A program made the translations under genes and the position numbers. Source: Pirellulales bacterium (GTDB lineage: Bacteria > Planctomycetota > Planctomycetia > Pirellulales > UBA1268). From it: a stretch of DNA of 64,000 nucleotides. Shown piece by piece: positions 17,682-27,478 of the stretch. The notes beneath the pieces were generated by a model, which was not told the origin of the DNA, ran no database searches, and saw nothing but the letters and a program-made list of their open reading frames with translations. The stretch lies in contig JALCBP010000008.1 of assembly GCA_028066355.1 (NCBI GenBank), forward strand, positions 596 to 64,595. The letters run 5' to 3'. Position 1 is the first letter of the stretch. Every line of letters begins with the position of its first letter.

Positions 17682-20631
17682 TGTACACGACCGTCAAAAT
17701 GACACTAGTGCTCAAGATCTTGTTACTGCCGCAAATGATCTCGGTTTTGATGTTCACTCAGCACACGCTGCTACGGGTTGGCTTATTGAAGGAGACATGG
17801 ATCTCAACGAAATTCAACAAATAGGGGTACGGCTCTTTACCGATCCAGTAACAGAAGTCTGCCGGGTAGCAAAAGTAGGAGAAGCTGAATTAGTTTCATC
17901 GCCACCGGGCGCGCAAGATGCTCGTAATCTTATTTTTCACGTCCTTCCAAAACCGGGCGTGACTGACCCCGCCGCAGAAAGCGCCAAAGAAGCCATGGCG
18001 CTGCTTGGAGTCCATGCTACGGCAGTTCGAAGCCTTAAGAAATATTGGGTGCCGGCGGAATGCATGACATCAGAACAAGCTGAAGAAACTGCGTGGAAAC
18101 GACTTGCCAGTGAAGCTATTCATGAAGTTGTTATTGGCCCACTCAAAATTTCTAGGCTGAGCGGCGGGAGCAGGTGGGAACTGCAGCACGAGCACGTGCG
18201 CCTCAATGGACTGAATGACGCAGAGCTTGAAGAATTGAGTCGCCAACAGTGCCTCGCTCTTACAGCAAAAGAATTACATGCTGTGCGAGATCACTTTAAT
18301 AACCTTGGTCGAGATCCGCTCGAGATAGAACTTGAAACAATCGCCCAGACGTGGAGTGAGCACTGTTGCCACAAAACCCTCGGGAGTCCTATCGACCATG
18401 TCGGACCTGAGGGTGAGTTTTGCTATGACAACTTGCTGAAAGAAACAGTTTTTGCGTCAACAGAAGCTATCCGAGAACAGCTCGGTCCAGACGACTGGTG
18501 TGTCAGTGTATTCCGTGATAATTCAGGCGTTGTTCGCTTTGATGGCGATCATGACATCTGCGTCAAAGTCGAGACTCACAATCATCCGTCTGCTATCGAA
18601 CCATATGGAGGTGCCGCGACTGGCTTGGGAGGTGTGATCCGAGATGTACTTGGAACGGGGCATGGTGCAAAACCTCTCGCAAATCTGGATGTTTTCTGCG
18701 TAGCTCCGTTGGACACACCAGCTGAAATAATTCCTCCCGGCATTATTCCGCCAAAAAAATTACTTCATGGGGTTGTTGCTGGCGTACGTGATTATGGCAA
18801 CAGAATGGGCATTCCAACCATTGCTGGGGCCGTGGCATTTCATCCCGGCTATCTTGGAAATCCCCTAGTCTTCTGTGGCACAGTGGGGCTCATGCCCCGT
18901 GATTCCGCGAATGGTCATGTTGAACCGGGTGATCTTGTTGTTGTTGCTGGCGGCAGAACAGGCCGTGACGGCATACACGGCGCAACATTTTCCAGCGTTG
19001 AACTTTCAAGTGAGAGTGAAAATCAATCGGGCGGATCAGTTCAGATTGGTCATGCCATTCATGAAAAAACCGTCACTGATTTTGTACTGGCTGCATCTGA
19101 AGAACATCTTTTTCATGCCATTACTGATTGCGGAGCGGGAGGCCTCTCGAGTGCCGTTGGAGAAATGGGGGCCGAATTAGGTGCAGAGGTAAATCTGGAA
19201 AAAGTGCCCTTAAAGTACGATGGTCTTTCAGCCACTGAAGTTTGGATTTCCGAAGCACAAGAACGAATGGTGCTTGCGGTCTCGCCGAAAGAATGGCCAC
19301 GTCTTGCAGAGATTGCAAGACTGGAGGGTGTCGAAGCAACTCCAATCGGTACATTTACAGGAAATGGCCAGCTTGTTCTTCGTTGGAATGATGAAATTGT
19401 TGGTGACCTCAATTGCCATTTCCTTCACGAGGGACGGCCAAGAGAGCGTCTTCGATCCTCATTTACGCCACAACAAAATAATCCTCTCCGCTGGTCACTC
19501 GAAGATGAAAACTTTGAGACAATTCTACTTGAGCTACTTCGATCAGAAGATGTGGCGAGCAAGGAATGGATCATTCGGCAGTACGACCACGAAGTCCAGG
19601 GGAAAAGTGTTCTCAAGCCACTGCTGGGACCAATGGGCGGACCGGCTGATGCGACAGTAATACGCGGAGTATTGGGTCGACCAAGAGGGATCCTAATAGG
19701 CATTGGTCTTCGGCATCATCTTGGAACCAGCAATCCGTTTGAAATGGCTGTTGGTGGTATCGTTGAGGCTGTTTCAAACTGTGTTGCATCGGGAGCTGAC
19801 CCAGAGCGAATTGCACTGCTTGATAATTTCTGCTGGGGTGACTGCCGTCGACCAGATTCACTTGGAACACTCGTCGAAGCATGTCGGGGCTGCTACGAAG
19901 CAGCAGTCGCTCTTAAGGCTCCATTTGTAAGTGGCAAAGACAGCCTGAACAATGTTTTCACCTGGAAAGACGATGCGGGCGTCGTTAAAGAACAGTCAAT
20001 ACCACCAACATTACTTGCCACAGCTATTGGTCAGATTGGCGACGTGAGCTTGTGCGTCTCGCCCGATTTCAAAAGAGCCGGCAACCGAATCGCTGTTGTT
20101 GGGATTTCAACGACAGTACTAGGCGGTAGTCAACTTGCTGTTATTGACCGAGTCACGGGAGGCGATATCCCAAAAGTAGATCTCAAAAATTGCCAGAACA
20201 CCTTCAAGAGCATTTACAAGTTAAACCTACAACGACTAATGGCGTCATGTCACGACCTCTCTGATGGAGGGCTTTGTGTAGCTCTCGCTGAGATGGCTAT
20301 TGGGGGTGGCTTAGGAGCCGACATTAACCTTGAAGAGGTACCACTTCAAGACAGTGACACCGTGGCACAACCAAATGATTTTATGAGTTTACTATCCGTT
20401 GCGTTTGCTGAAACTCCGGGGCGATTCTTAATAGAAGTTAAGGAAGAGGACGTGCCTGAAGTAGAACAAATTCTTCGTGGAAGTACGTGGTCGTGGATTG
20501 GAAGTGTCACCAATGATAACTTGCTAACAATCCGCGGGGATAAAAACTCAATTGTTTCACAAACATTAGTTAACAAACTTGCAACCGCCTGGCGGGAGCC
20601 AAGTATGGCTCAAACACACGGCAAGTCTTAA
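17662..20631 (+). CDS. purL: Phosphoribosylformylglycinamidine synthase subunit PurL with two N-terminal PurS-like repeats
   Basis: PurL core begins near IAQTWSEHCCHKT, followed by VETHNHPSAIEPYGGAATG and the rest of the AIR-synthase-like repeats. About 220 residues upstream contain two PurS-like units. Confidence 0.9.
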   Translation: MMLWEVDVHDRQNDTSAQDLVTAANDLGFDVHSAHAATGWLIEGDMDLNEIQQIGVRLFTDPVTEVCRVAKVGEAELVSSPPGAQDARNLIFHVLPKPGVTDPAAESAKEAMALLGVHATAVRSLKKYWVPAECMTSEQAEETAWKRLASEAIHEVVIGPLKISRLSGGSRWELQHEHVRLNGLNDAELEELSRQQCLALTAKELHAVRDHFNNLGRDPLEIELETIAQTWSEHCCHKTLGSPIDHVGPEGEFCYDNLLKETVFASTEAIREQLGPDDWCVSVFRDNSGVVRFDGDHDICVKVETHNHPSAIEPYGGAATGLGGVIRDVLGTGHGAKPLANLDVFCVAPLDTPAEIIPPGIIPPKKLLHGVVAGVRDYGNRMGIPTIAGAVAFHPGYLGNPLVFCGTVGLMPRDSANGHVEPGDLVVVAGGRTGRDGIHGATFSSVELSSESENQSGGSVQIGHAIHEKTVTDFVLAASEEHLFHAITDCGAGGLSSAVGEMGAELGAEVNLEKVPLKYDGLSATEVWISEAQERMVLAVSPKEWPRLAEIARLEGVEATPIGTFTGNGQLVLRWNDEIVGDLNCHFLHEGRPRERLRSSFTPQQNNPLRWSLEDENFETILLELLRSEDVASKEWIIRQYDHEVQGKSVLKPLLGPMGGPADATVIRGVLGRPRGILIGIGLRHHLGTSNPFEMAVGGIVEAVSNCVASGADPERIALLDNFCWGDCRRPDSLGTLVEACRGCYEAAVALKAPFVSGKDSLNNVFTWKDDAGVVKEQSIPPTLLATAIGQIGDVSLCVSPDFKRAGNRIAVVGISTTVLGGSQLAVIDRVTGGDIPKVDLKNCQNTFKSIYKLNLQRLMASCHDLSDGGLCVALAEMAIGGGLGADINLEEVPLQDSDTVAQPNDFMSLLSVAFAETPGRFLIEVKEEDVPEVEQILRGSTWSWIGSVTNDNLLTIRGDKNSIVSQTLVNKLATAWREPSMAQTHGKS

Positions 20632-20642
20632 GGAAAATCTGC

Positions 20643-21422
20643 ATGCTTTCCCCTCGCGCCTTTATTCTTCGTGCACCTGGCACAAATTGTGACCAAGAAA
20701 CTGCTTACGCCTTTGAACGTGCTGGTGGTCATACGAAACGAATACACGTTCAGGCACTTGCCCAATCCCCTACTCTTTTGGATGATTGCCAAATCTTTTG
20801 TATCCCGGGTGGGTTTTCTTATGGTGACGATATTGCCAGCGGACGAATCTTAGCACTTGAGTTGACCGAACGCCTTGGTGATACACTTCGTCGCTTCCAC
20901 GAAAGAGGCGGAATTATTTTGGGGATTTGCAATGGATTCCAGGTACTTTTGCAGACCGGACTGCTTACGCCAGATTGTGACTTTGGCCAACAAACTGCCT
21001 CTCTTACACGGAATACATCCGGGCGATTCATTGATTGCTGGGTGCAACTACAAGCCACCCCGGGCAATTGTGTCTTTCTTCATGGCCTCGACCACTTTGA
21101 ATTGCCTGTTGCCCATGCCGAAGGACGGTTCACCATTGCTGACGAAACATATCTCCAGCAACTCAAAATACGTGGCCAACTTGTACTTCACTATGCCACT
21201 AATAAAGGTGGACAACAGTCGAACCCGAACGGATCAGAGCAGAATATAGCCGGGGTGTGTGATCCGACAGGCCGAATCTTTGGTCTCATGCCCCACCCGG
21301 AACGCTTTATCGACGCGACGCAGCACCCTGCCTGGGCGGGCCGACTTGACCCGCATGCTGATGGTGCTGGCTTAACATTTTTCCGCAATGCGCTGCGTGT
21401 AGTAGGAAAAGATTTAGGTTGA
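20643..21422 (+). CDS. purQ: Phosphoribosylformylglycinamidine synthase subunit PurQ (glutaminase)
   Basis: IPGGFSYGDD, GICNGFQVL (nucleophile Cys), MPHPER. Confidence 0.9.
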   Translation: MLSPRAFILRAPGTNCDQETAYAFERAGGHTKRIHVQALAQSPTLLDDCQIFCIPGGFSYGDDIASGRILALELTERLGDTLRRFHERGGIILGICNGFQVLLQTGLLTPDCDFGQQTASLTRNTSGRFIDCWVQLQATPGNCVFLHGLDHFELPVAHAEGRFTIADETYLQQLKIRGQLVLHYATNKGGQQSNPNGSEQNIAGVCDPTGRIFGLMPHPERFIDATQHPAWAGRLDPHADGAGLTFFRNALRVVGKDLG

Positions 21423-21498
21423 CCTCGAATAGTTATTCTTCCTACTCTCTTCTCCTCAACTGTTTCCCCTTCCTCAATCTCTTGCTGACGGGCACGTC

Positions 21499-22434
21499 AT
21501 GGATACTCGGAGCCACACTTCCGTTGTTCATATTAAGATTCAGATAACGTTCATACTCATAGCTTTAGTAGCCAGTGGTTGCCAAACCCCGTTTGTAAAT
21601 AGTTTTCTCACATCAGTAGCAACTGAGGATCATAAGGATCAATTCAGTGGTGTTTCAGACTTGTCTGCTTCCACCAATCCTCTTGAAACTATTCCTCTTG
21701 AGTTCACCTTCTTACGTTACGCTGATGATGATTTAGAGTTGGGTAATGAACTATGGGAAGTAATTGACGAGCAATGCCTACCAACAGGCCTTCGTCATCG
21801 ACTCAATGGGAATGGCATACGTGCTGGTGTCATCAACGGTGATATTCCTGCCGCGCTAGCCAAACGCTTTTCTGCAACGTTTGATATTACTCAAGGCGAG
21901 GCTGACGACAGCCCTCTCGCGGCTGACAGAACCGTTGTAAAACGAGTGATTCAAACTCTTCCTGGTCAGACAAACGAAATTGTTTCAACTCCGCGTCTTG
22001 AGGAACTCATCCTTTTAGAACATGACAGTCGGTCAACTGTCGATGCTGTGTCAGGCCAAACATACAGAGATGCCAGTGCAGTATTTGACGTCCGCGCGAC
22101 ACCATCCGCTGACGGAGGAATTGAAATCGAACTCGTACCGATTATTCGTCACGGGCCTATTGAGCGCAACTGGACTGGAGATGATGGTGCATTTCGCCTC
22201 GAAGCCGGTCAGCGTAAAACCGTTATGAACAAACTGGAAATAAAACTTAACTTACCGGCAGACGGAATGTTTATTCTATCCTCTGTTGGCCCTCCCTCAT
22301 CTGGACTGGGTGATGCTTTCTTTCGTGACCCTCAAGGTCGACACGAAGGACGCAGGCTACTTGCCGTACGTGTAATGACGCGAACCGTCGACCCTATGTT
22401 CACTGAAGATTCAGTAGCCCATTCTCAAGACTGA
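21499..22434 (+). CDS. Hypothetical lipoprotein
   Basis: Lipobox ALVASGC. The C-terminal half has beta-rich segments (FDVRATPSADGGIEIELVPII, LEIKLNLPADGMFILSSVG). Confidence 0.6.
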   Translation: MDTRSHTSVVHIKIQITFILIALVASGCQTPFVNSFLTSVATEDHKDQFSGVSDLSASTNPLETIPLEFTFLRYADDDLELGNELWEVIDEQCLPTGLRHRLNGNGIRAGVINGDIPAALAKRFSATFDITQGEADDSPLAADRTVVKRVIQTLPGQTNEIVSTPRLEELILLEHDSRSTVDAVSGQTYRDASAVFDVRATPSADGGIEIELVPIIRHGPIERNWTGDDGAFRLEAGQRKTVMNKLEIKLNLPADGMFILSSVGPPSSGLGDAFFRDPQGRHEGRRLLAVRVMTRTVDPMFTEDSVAHSQD

Positions 22435-22629
22435 CAAAATGGGCAGTTTTGGATGTCCAACGGGCCTTCTTTCTTGCGGATTGGTTCAAACATGACATTT
22501 ATGCCGATGTAATTTCATACGTAGTCTTTATTTTGTCATCGAGAGACCCGCAAAAGTGCATCTCTCTTACTGACACGACATTCCACGAGTTCTGGTGAAC
22601 AAAAACTCTACGGACCATAAGGCGCAGCA

Positions 22630-24492
22630 ATGAGTAGTACCGGCACAAAAAAAAATACGAATGCAACGCTTCAGCGACCGAAAGCAAGTACCGTTTTTGC
22701 AGCTGCTTTTCTCGCCGGTGCAGCAGCTGCAGTTGGTGTAAATCGCGCTCTGGATGTCCATATTGCGCAAAATGTACCACAGGTAGAAAGTGAGTCCATT
22801 TTTGTTGCACTTCGATCACTGCCGAAAGGCTCGCCAGTCACAATTTATGATGTAGCCCTCCGAGATTGGCCGGTTGCCATGCTTCCGGAAACTGCATTAC
22901 GATCTGACGCAACTTTTGACGGAGCGGTACTTCGCCATCCACTCCGAGAAGGCCAGCCCGTTCTTTCTCTTCAAATTGCAGAAAACACGCTCGAACAAGA
23001 GCAGCAGATAGCATCTGTGATGCGTACTACACAAAGAATAGATCAACCAAAAAAAACATCTGCCCCAGCTTTTGTTCCCTATAAGACTGCGGCACCAATA
23101 CCAGCGATATTAGCCTCTACGCAAAGCGAGGTAACGCATCATGCAGCCAAAGATCTAAACGCACAGACACCGGCACCGGCACCGAAACAATCAGAGCCTG
23201 ACAGTCAACAAAAGATCGAGGACAAAACACCTGTTGCAGATCTTGCATCGGTCGAGACGACCCCAGCGTTAGCTCAACCAAAAGATATTCAGCAGAAGCT
23301 TCCGGAGCTTCCGCAAAAAGAAGAAGGTGAGCCTACCGGAAATGACGCTGTGCTAGCAGAGCAAGTTGTTTCTGAAAAAGTTGGCCAGAACGTAGGCCCT
23401 CTTAATCAAGAACTTCCATCTGCACCCGCGGCTCTTGCCATGGAGTCGGCTGGGGCAGTCGAAGAAACAGGTAACGGCGTTGAAAATATTGAGAAAAACA
23501 TTTCTACAGAGAAAAAAGAGAGGCAACTTGCTTCAACTACAGACATTCAGCCTCAAAACAGCCCATCGATTCGAACAACCGAGGTCGGTGATGAAAAAGT
23601 CGAGGTTGTCACATCGAATTCTAACTCACTCTCAGACGCTACTCCGGATGAAAATGCTGACACGCAAGAAGCCACGCTTGAGCAGTCCATCGCAACGACA
23701 CCTGATACTATTGCAACCGAACAGCCTGACATGAGTTCAGAAGGTATAAGTAGTGAAATTTCTACAAACGCTGAAGTTTCTACTTTGAAGGAGCCGACAT
23801 TGGCTCCGCCATCAGTGGAACCGATAGATATTACGCAGTCGATTCTTGCTGAAGCAGAAACACGCAAGAACTCTTCTCCAGATACTCCCCAAAAAAGTTC
23901 TGTTGCTACCTTGCCATCAAAGCCAACACCAGCAGTTGCACCAGAAACATCTACCGAGGGACAGTCGGCAACAACAAAAGCAAGACCACAGACAATGAGA
24001 TATCTTGTTGTTCCAGAGAGGATCGCTGTTCAAGTTGACCAGGCTTTTACGAAACCACAACAAGTGGCTAGACCTGCTCGCCCTGCAACGGCGGCATCTC
24101 CTGTCCAAAGCGGGAATGTTCAGCCACTACCAAAGACAACGGCAGCACGAACAAAGTCATCCCAACAGACTGTTCTTAAGAGTCGCAAGGCACCCCCACA
24201 GGCCCAGAAACTGCAGGCCACAGCGGGAAATGCACCACGCTCACAACAAAGGTCAAACCAGGAAAGTCCGAGCCAGGTGGCCTCTCGTGAATCAATAACC
24301 GACACACCAAAAGAACCACTCCTGCGTTCATTATTCCCAAAAATTTCAGCTGGCCTAAGTGCTGTAGGAGAGGAGTGGCGAGGGTTTCGGGATGGTACAG
24401 CAAACTCGAAAGAGACTCCGAGTAGCAGGCAGGCTAAACAGAATCAGCCGAGACAACAGCGATCTGCGTCACGCCCTCAGCAGGCTAGGTAA
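22630..24492 (+). CDS. SAF/CpaB-like N-terminal domain protein with a roughly 500-aa low-complexity tail
   Basis: N-terminal TM (VFAAAFLAGAAAAVGV), then a SAF-like segment (VALRSLPKGSPVTIYDVALRDWP...LRHPLREGQPVL). The rest is P/T/S/Q/E/A-rich. Confidence 0.65.
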   Translation: MSSTGTKKNTNATLQRPKASTVFAAAFLAGAAAAVGVNRALDVHIAQNVPQVESESIFVALRSLPKGSPVTIYDVALRDWPVAMLPETALRSDATFDGAVLRHPLREGQPVLSLQIAENTLEQEQQIASVMRTTQRIDQPKKTSAPAFVPYKTAAPIPAILASTQSEVTHHAAKDLNAQTPAPAPKQSEPDSQQKIEDKTPVADLASVETTPALAQPKDIQQKLPELPQKEEGEPTGNDAVLAEQVVSEKVGQNVGPLNQELPSAPAALAMESAGAVEETGNGVENIEKNISTEKKERQLASTTDIQPQNSPSIRTTEVGDEKVEVVTSNSNSLSDATPDENADTQEATLEQSIATTPDTIATEQPDMSSEGISSEISTNAEVSTLKEPTLAPPSVEPIDITQSILAEAETRKNSSPDTPQKSSVATLPSKPTPAVAPETSTEGQSATTKARPQTMRYLVVPERIAVQVDQAFTKPQQVARPARPATAASPVQSGNVQPLPKTTAARTKSSQQTVLKSRKAPPQAQKLQATAGNAPRSQQRSNQESPSQVASRESITDTPKEPLLRSLFPKISAGLSAVGEEWRGFRDGTANSKETPSSRQAKQNQPRQQRSASRPQQAR

Positions 24493-24508
24493 TTGAGGGA
24501 TCTCTTGT

Positions 24509-25018
24509 TCACTGAGCTGAGCGGACAATACCGGAAATGCCGATAAGCCCGCAAACAGCACCAACTCCGCTTAAGAACAGAAGCACCCAGGAAGCCCCTT
24601 GCTTCAGATATGTCTGCTGAGCATATTGTTTTTCAACGACCCATTGGGGACGCTCTACTGTTGCATTTGAAAAATGGTTTTTCCACGCATCGTAGATCTG
24701 AGCATTTGTTTGTTCCGTCACTAGCTTGCGCAGGGCTGCGGCTTGAACTGGTGATTGAGTCGGCAAACGAAGCCAGACACCAGCTGCCATGAATGCGAAA
24801 AACCCCACAAAACCAAGAAGAGTAAGCCCTTTCGAACTATTCCACATCGAGCGGCCATCGACCTCAGTTTTTTCAACCAGTGGAAACTTCGATAATTCGC
24901 CAAATTTAGGCACTGCAAGGTGATCACCACACCCTTTGCACCAGACTTCCCCACCAGCTTGCCCGGCACGAACCGGCACCATTTCACCGCACTGACACGT
25001 TAGTTGATATTCTTTCAC
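24509..25018 (-). CDS. Membrane protein with N-terminal zinc-ribbon (CxC...CxxC)
   Basis: TCQCGEMVPVRAGQAGGEVWCKGCG, followed by two hydrophobic segments. Confidence 0.6.
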   Translation of the reverse strand: MKEYQLTCQCGEMVPVRAGQAGGEVWCKGCGDHLAVPKFGELSKFPLVEKTEVDGRSMWNSSKGLTLLGFVGFFAFMAAGVWLRLPTQSPVQAAALRKLVTEQTNAQIYDAWKNHFSNATVERPQWVVEKQYAQQTYLKQGASWVLLFLSGVGAVCGLIGISGIVRSAQ

Positions 25019-25051
25019 GTCTGAGAAACCTTTGAATTTGCCCGAAGATTC

Positions 25052-25080
25052 ACCATTGCCCTACTGTTTTACCATTGCCC
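25052..25080. repeat. 10-nt direct repeat ACCATTGCCC x2, starts 19 nt apart
   Basis: Copies at 25052-25061 and 25071-25080, 34 nt upstream of the minus-strand start at 25018. Confidence 0.6.
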
Positions 25081-25699
25081 GTCGCACGACCGCTACTTTG
25101 TGCGCTGTTTGCCATGAGAAAAACTCGCTTTTAACCTTCGGGACTGCATAATCAGGTGTCTCCACAATCAATCAAACGTCCCAAAACCCATCTTCGCAAC
25201 CCGTCACTTTCCCTATATGGGATCAGAGAGACGTTTGCTGTAAGAAAAAACAGCCCAGAAACATCAACACTTTGAATGAAGCATATTCCGTCCGGATACT
25301 GGTTTGCCCCATGATTCCGGCGTAAAACTACTTTTCTTTTACCCCATCCGCCCAACTCTTCCAATCTTTAGAAATTTGATCTTTTTTCCCCTCTGGACTT
25401 GTCCGCTACTTGAATCACACTGTCCACCAAACGAATGATGTTCAGGGAAGGTCAAAACAAAAGACACTTCCACAAGATAATCCGCTCAAACTCTACGCTC
25501 AACACGATAAAATGCTTCCTTCCAAAACCCCTAATTTTTGTCACCCAATCCCCGCTACTTCCCCTTAATTGTTATTCTTTTGACCGTTTTGTTCCCATTC
25601 TGTCAATTTCTTGAGTTACCGTCTGGTATCTCGGGAAATGACAACTAGGATCTGATTACGTTCCGTTTTTCAGTTGTTGGAAATTTAAGGAGTTCTGAC

Positions 25700-27325
25700 T
25701 TGTACGATTCGCTCTTGGACGAACTTGAAGATGATGTTGTTGCCCGCCCCAGAGAGGTCGAGGAACTTAACGACAAGGTTGCTGAAGCTGAAGAAGCAGA
25801 AGCCATTCTTGACCATGGCACCACCGAATCGGATTTGGGTACTCCGGACGACGGCAATCAATTGAGTGCTTCCGGCCAGTCCTCTTCACCATCGAAAGCT
25901 AATGAAATAGCGGATGAAAATGAGGCTGAGGATGCATTGGCAGAACAGATAGAAAATTGGTCAGACGATCCCGTTCGGATGTATCTGACACAAATGGGTG
26001 AAATTCCTCTTCTCACCAGAGCACAAGAAATCTATCTCGCTCGACAGATTGAAACAACTCGAGCCCAGTTTCGCGCAAAACTTTTGGAATGCGAATATGT
26101 CTGTCTAAATGCCTTCAAGGTGTTGAGTCGTGTTCATAAGGGTGAACTTCCGTTTGACCGCACTGTACAGGTTTCAGTAACTGACCGGTTAGAAAAAGAA
26201 CAAATCCTTGGACGTCTTCCCCATAACCTTCAAACTCTTGAGGTGTTAATTGGCCAGAATAAAGCCGACTACCGTATAGCTCTTTCAAAACGTGCCAGAC
26301 CCACCGAACGACGAAAAGCATGGAGTCGATTAGGGCGCCGACGCAAACGTTGCGTTCGTTTGATTGAAGAACTCGGGTTGCGTACCCAACGCATAGAAAA
26401 CATGATTCCAACTCTCAACGGATTTATCCGTCGTCTGAGAGAACTAAAAATAAAGATAGATGCCCACAAAAGAACCAAACAGCCGGCATCAAACCGGCAA
26501 AACCTCGTTGATGAGTACCGGGCAATCCTTAAAGCATGTCAAGAAACACCGCGCAGCCTGAAGCGACGCATGAAAGAAATAAATGAGATCTTTGCCCGCT
26601 ACCAGCGTGCGAAAAGAGGTCTTTCCGAGGGCAATCTGCGACTTGTTGTGTCGATAGCAAAAAAATATCGGAATCGTGGTCTTTCGTTCCTTGATCTGAT
26701 TCAAGAAGGAAATGCTGGCTTGATGCGTGCCGTTGATAAGTTTGAATATCGGCGGGGGTTTAAGTTCTGCACATATGCTACGTGGTGGATTCGACAGGCC
26801 ATTACAAGGGCTGTCGCAGACCAGAGCCGCACCATTAGAATTCCTGTACACATGGTTGAGACAATGAGCCGTGTTCGAAATGTTGCTCGTCAACTTTTGC
26901 AGGAGTATGGCCGTGAACCGACTATTGAAGAAATAGCTGCTCGAGCCGGAACACCAGTTGATGAGACTCGTCGTGTGACAGCAATGAGTCGTTACCCAAT
27001 CAGTCTGGATCGTCCCGTTGGCAATAGTGAAGACAGTCACTTTGGTGACCTGCTTCCTGACACTGGTGCAGAGAATCCCGCTGTTGGTGCTGCTCAAGAA
27101 ATGCTTCGTAATCGCATTTCCAAAGTGCTCAAAAGCCTCTCTTACCGAGAACGGGAAATTATTAAACTCCGATACGGTCTTGGCGATGGATATAGTTATA
27201 CGCTTGAAGAAGTTGGCCATATCTTCAAGGTGACAAGAGAGCGAATCCGACAGATCGAAGCGAAAGCAGTTCGCAAACTTCAAGCACCTGCTCGAAGTGA
27301 AGAACTTTCGGGATTTATTGATTAA
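25700..27325 (+). CDS. rpoD: RNA polymerase primary sigma factor (sigma-70)
   Basis: Acidic N-terminus, region 2 ([59 protein letters not shown]), region 4.2 ([27 protein letters not shown]). AAGGAG lies 7 nt upstream of the TTG start. Confidence 0.92.
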   Translation: MYDSLLDELEDDVVARPREVEELNDKVAEAEEAEAILDHGTTESDLGTPDDGNQLSASGQSSSPSKANEIADENEAEDALAEQIENWSDDPVRMYLTQMGEIPLLTRAQEIYLARQIETTRAQFRAKLLECEYVCLNAFKVLSRVHKGELPFDRTVQVSVTDRLEKEQILGRLPHNLQTLEVLIGQNKADYRIALSKRARPTERRKAWSRLGRRRKRCVRLIEELGLRTQRIENMIPTLNGFIRRLRELKIKIDAHKRTKQPASNRQNLVDEYRAILKACQETPRSLKRRMKEINEIFARYQRAKRGLSEGNLRLVVSIAKKYRNRGLSFLDLIQEGNAGLMRAVDKFEYRRGFKFCTYATWWIRQAITRAVADQSRTIRIPVHMVETMSRVRNVARQLLQEYGREPTIEEIAARAGTPVDETRRVTAMSRYPISLDRPVGNSEDSHFGDLLPDTGAENPAVGAAQEMLRNRISKVLKSLSYREREIIKLRYGLGDGYSYTLEEVGHIFKVTRERIRQIEAKAVRKLQAPARSEELSGFID

Positions 27326-27478
27326 AGATGGTCTTGCTTCTTTCAAGAACATCTTCACAAGATTTTCATGATTCATCGCTGGATCATGAGTAAGAGTACT
27401 TGCACAAGAAATAATCCTTGCTTCCTCCACCATATTTGCATGGAATAACAACAGTATCTGAAGCAGTGGTGTGTACAC

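Noticed and set aside
25152-25364. 70-aa minus-strand ORF inside the rpoD upstream spacer
   Set aside because: It has no RBS, no motif and a low-complexity translation (Gly/Arg/Leu). It is probably a chance ORF in a purine-rich minus strand.
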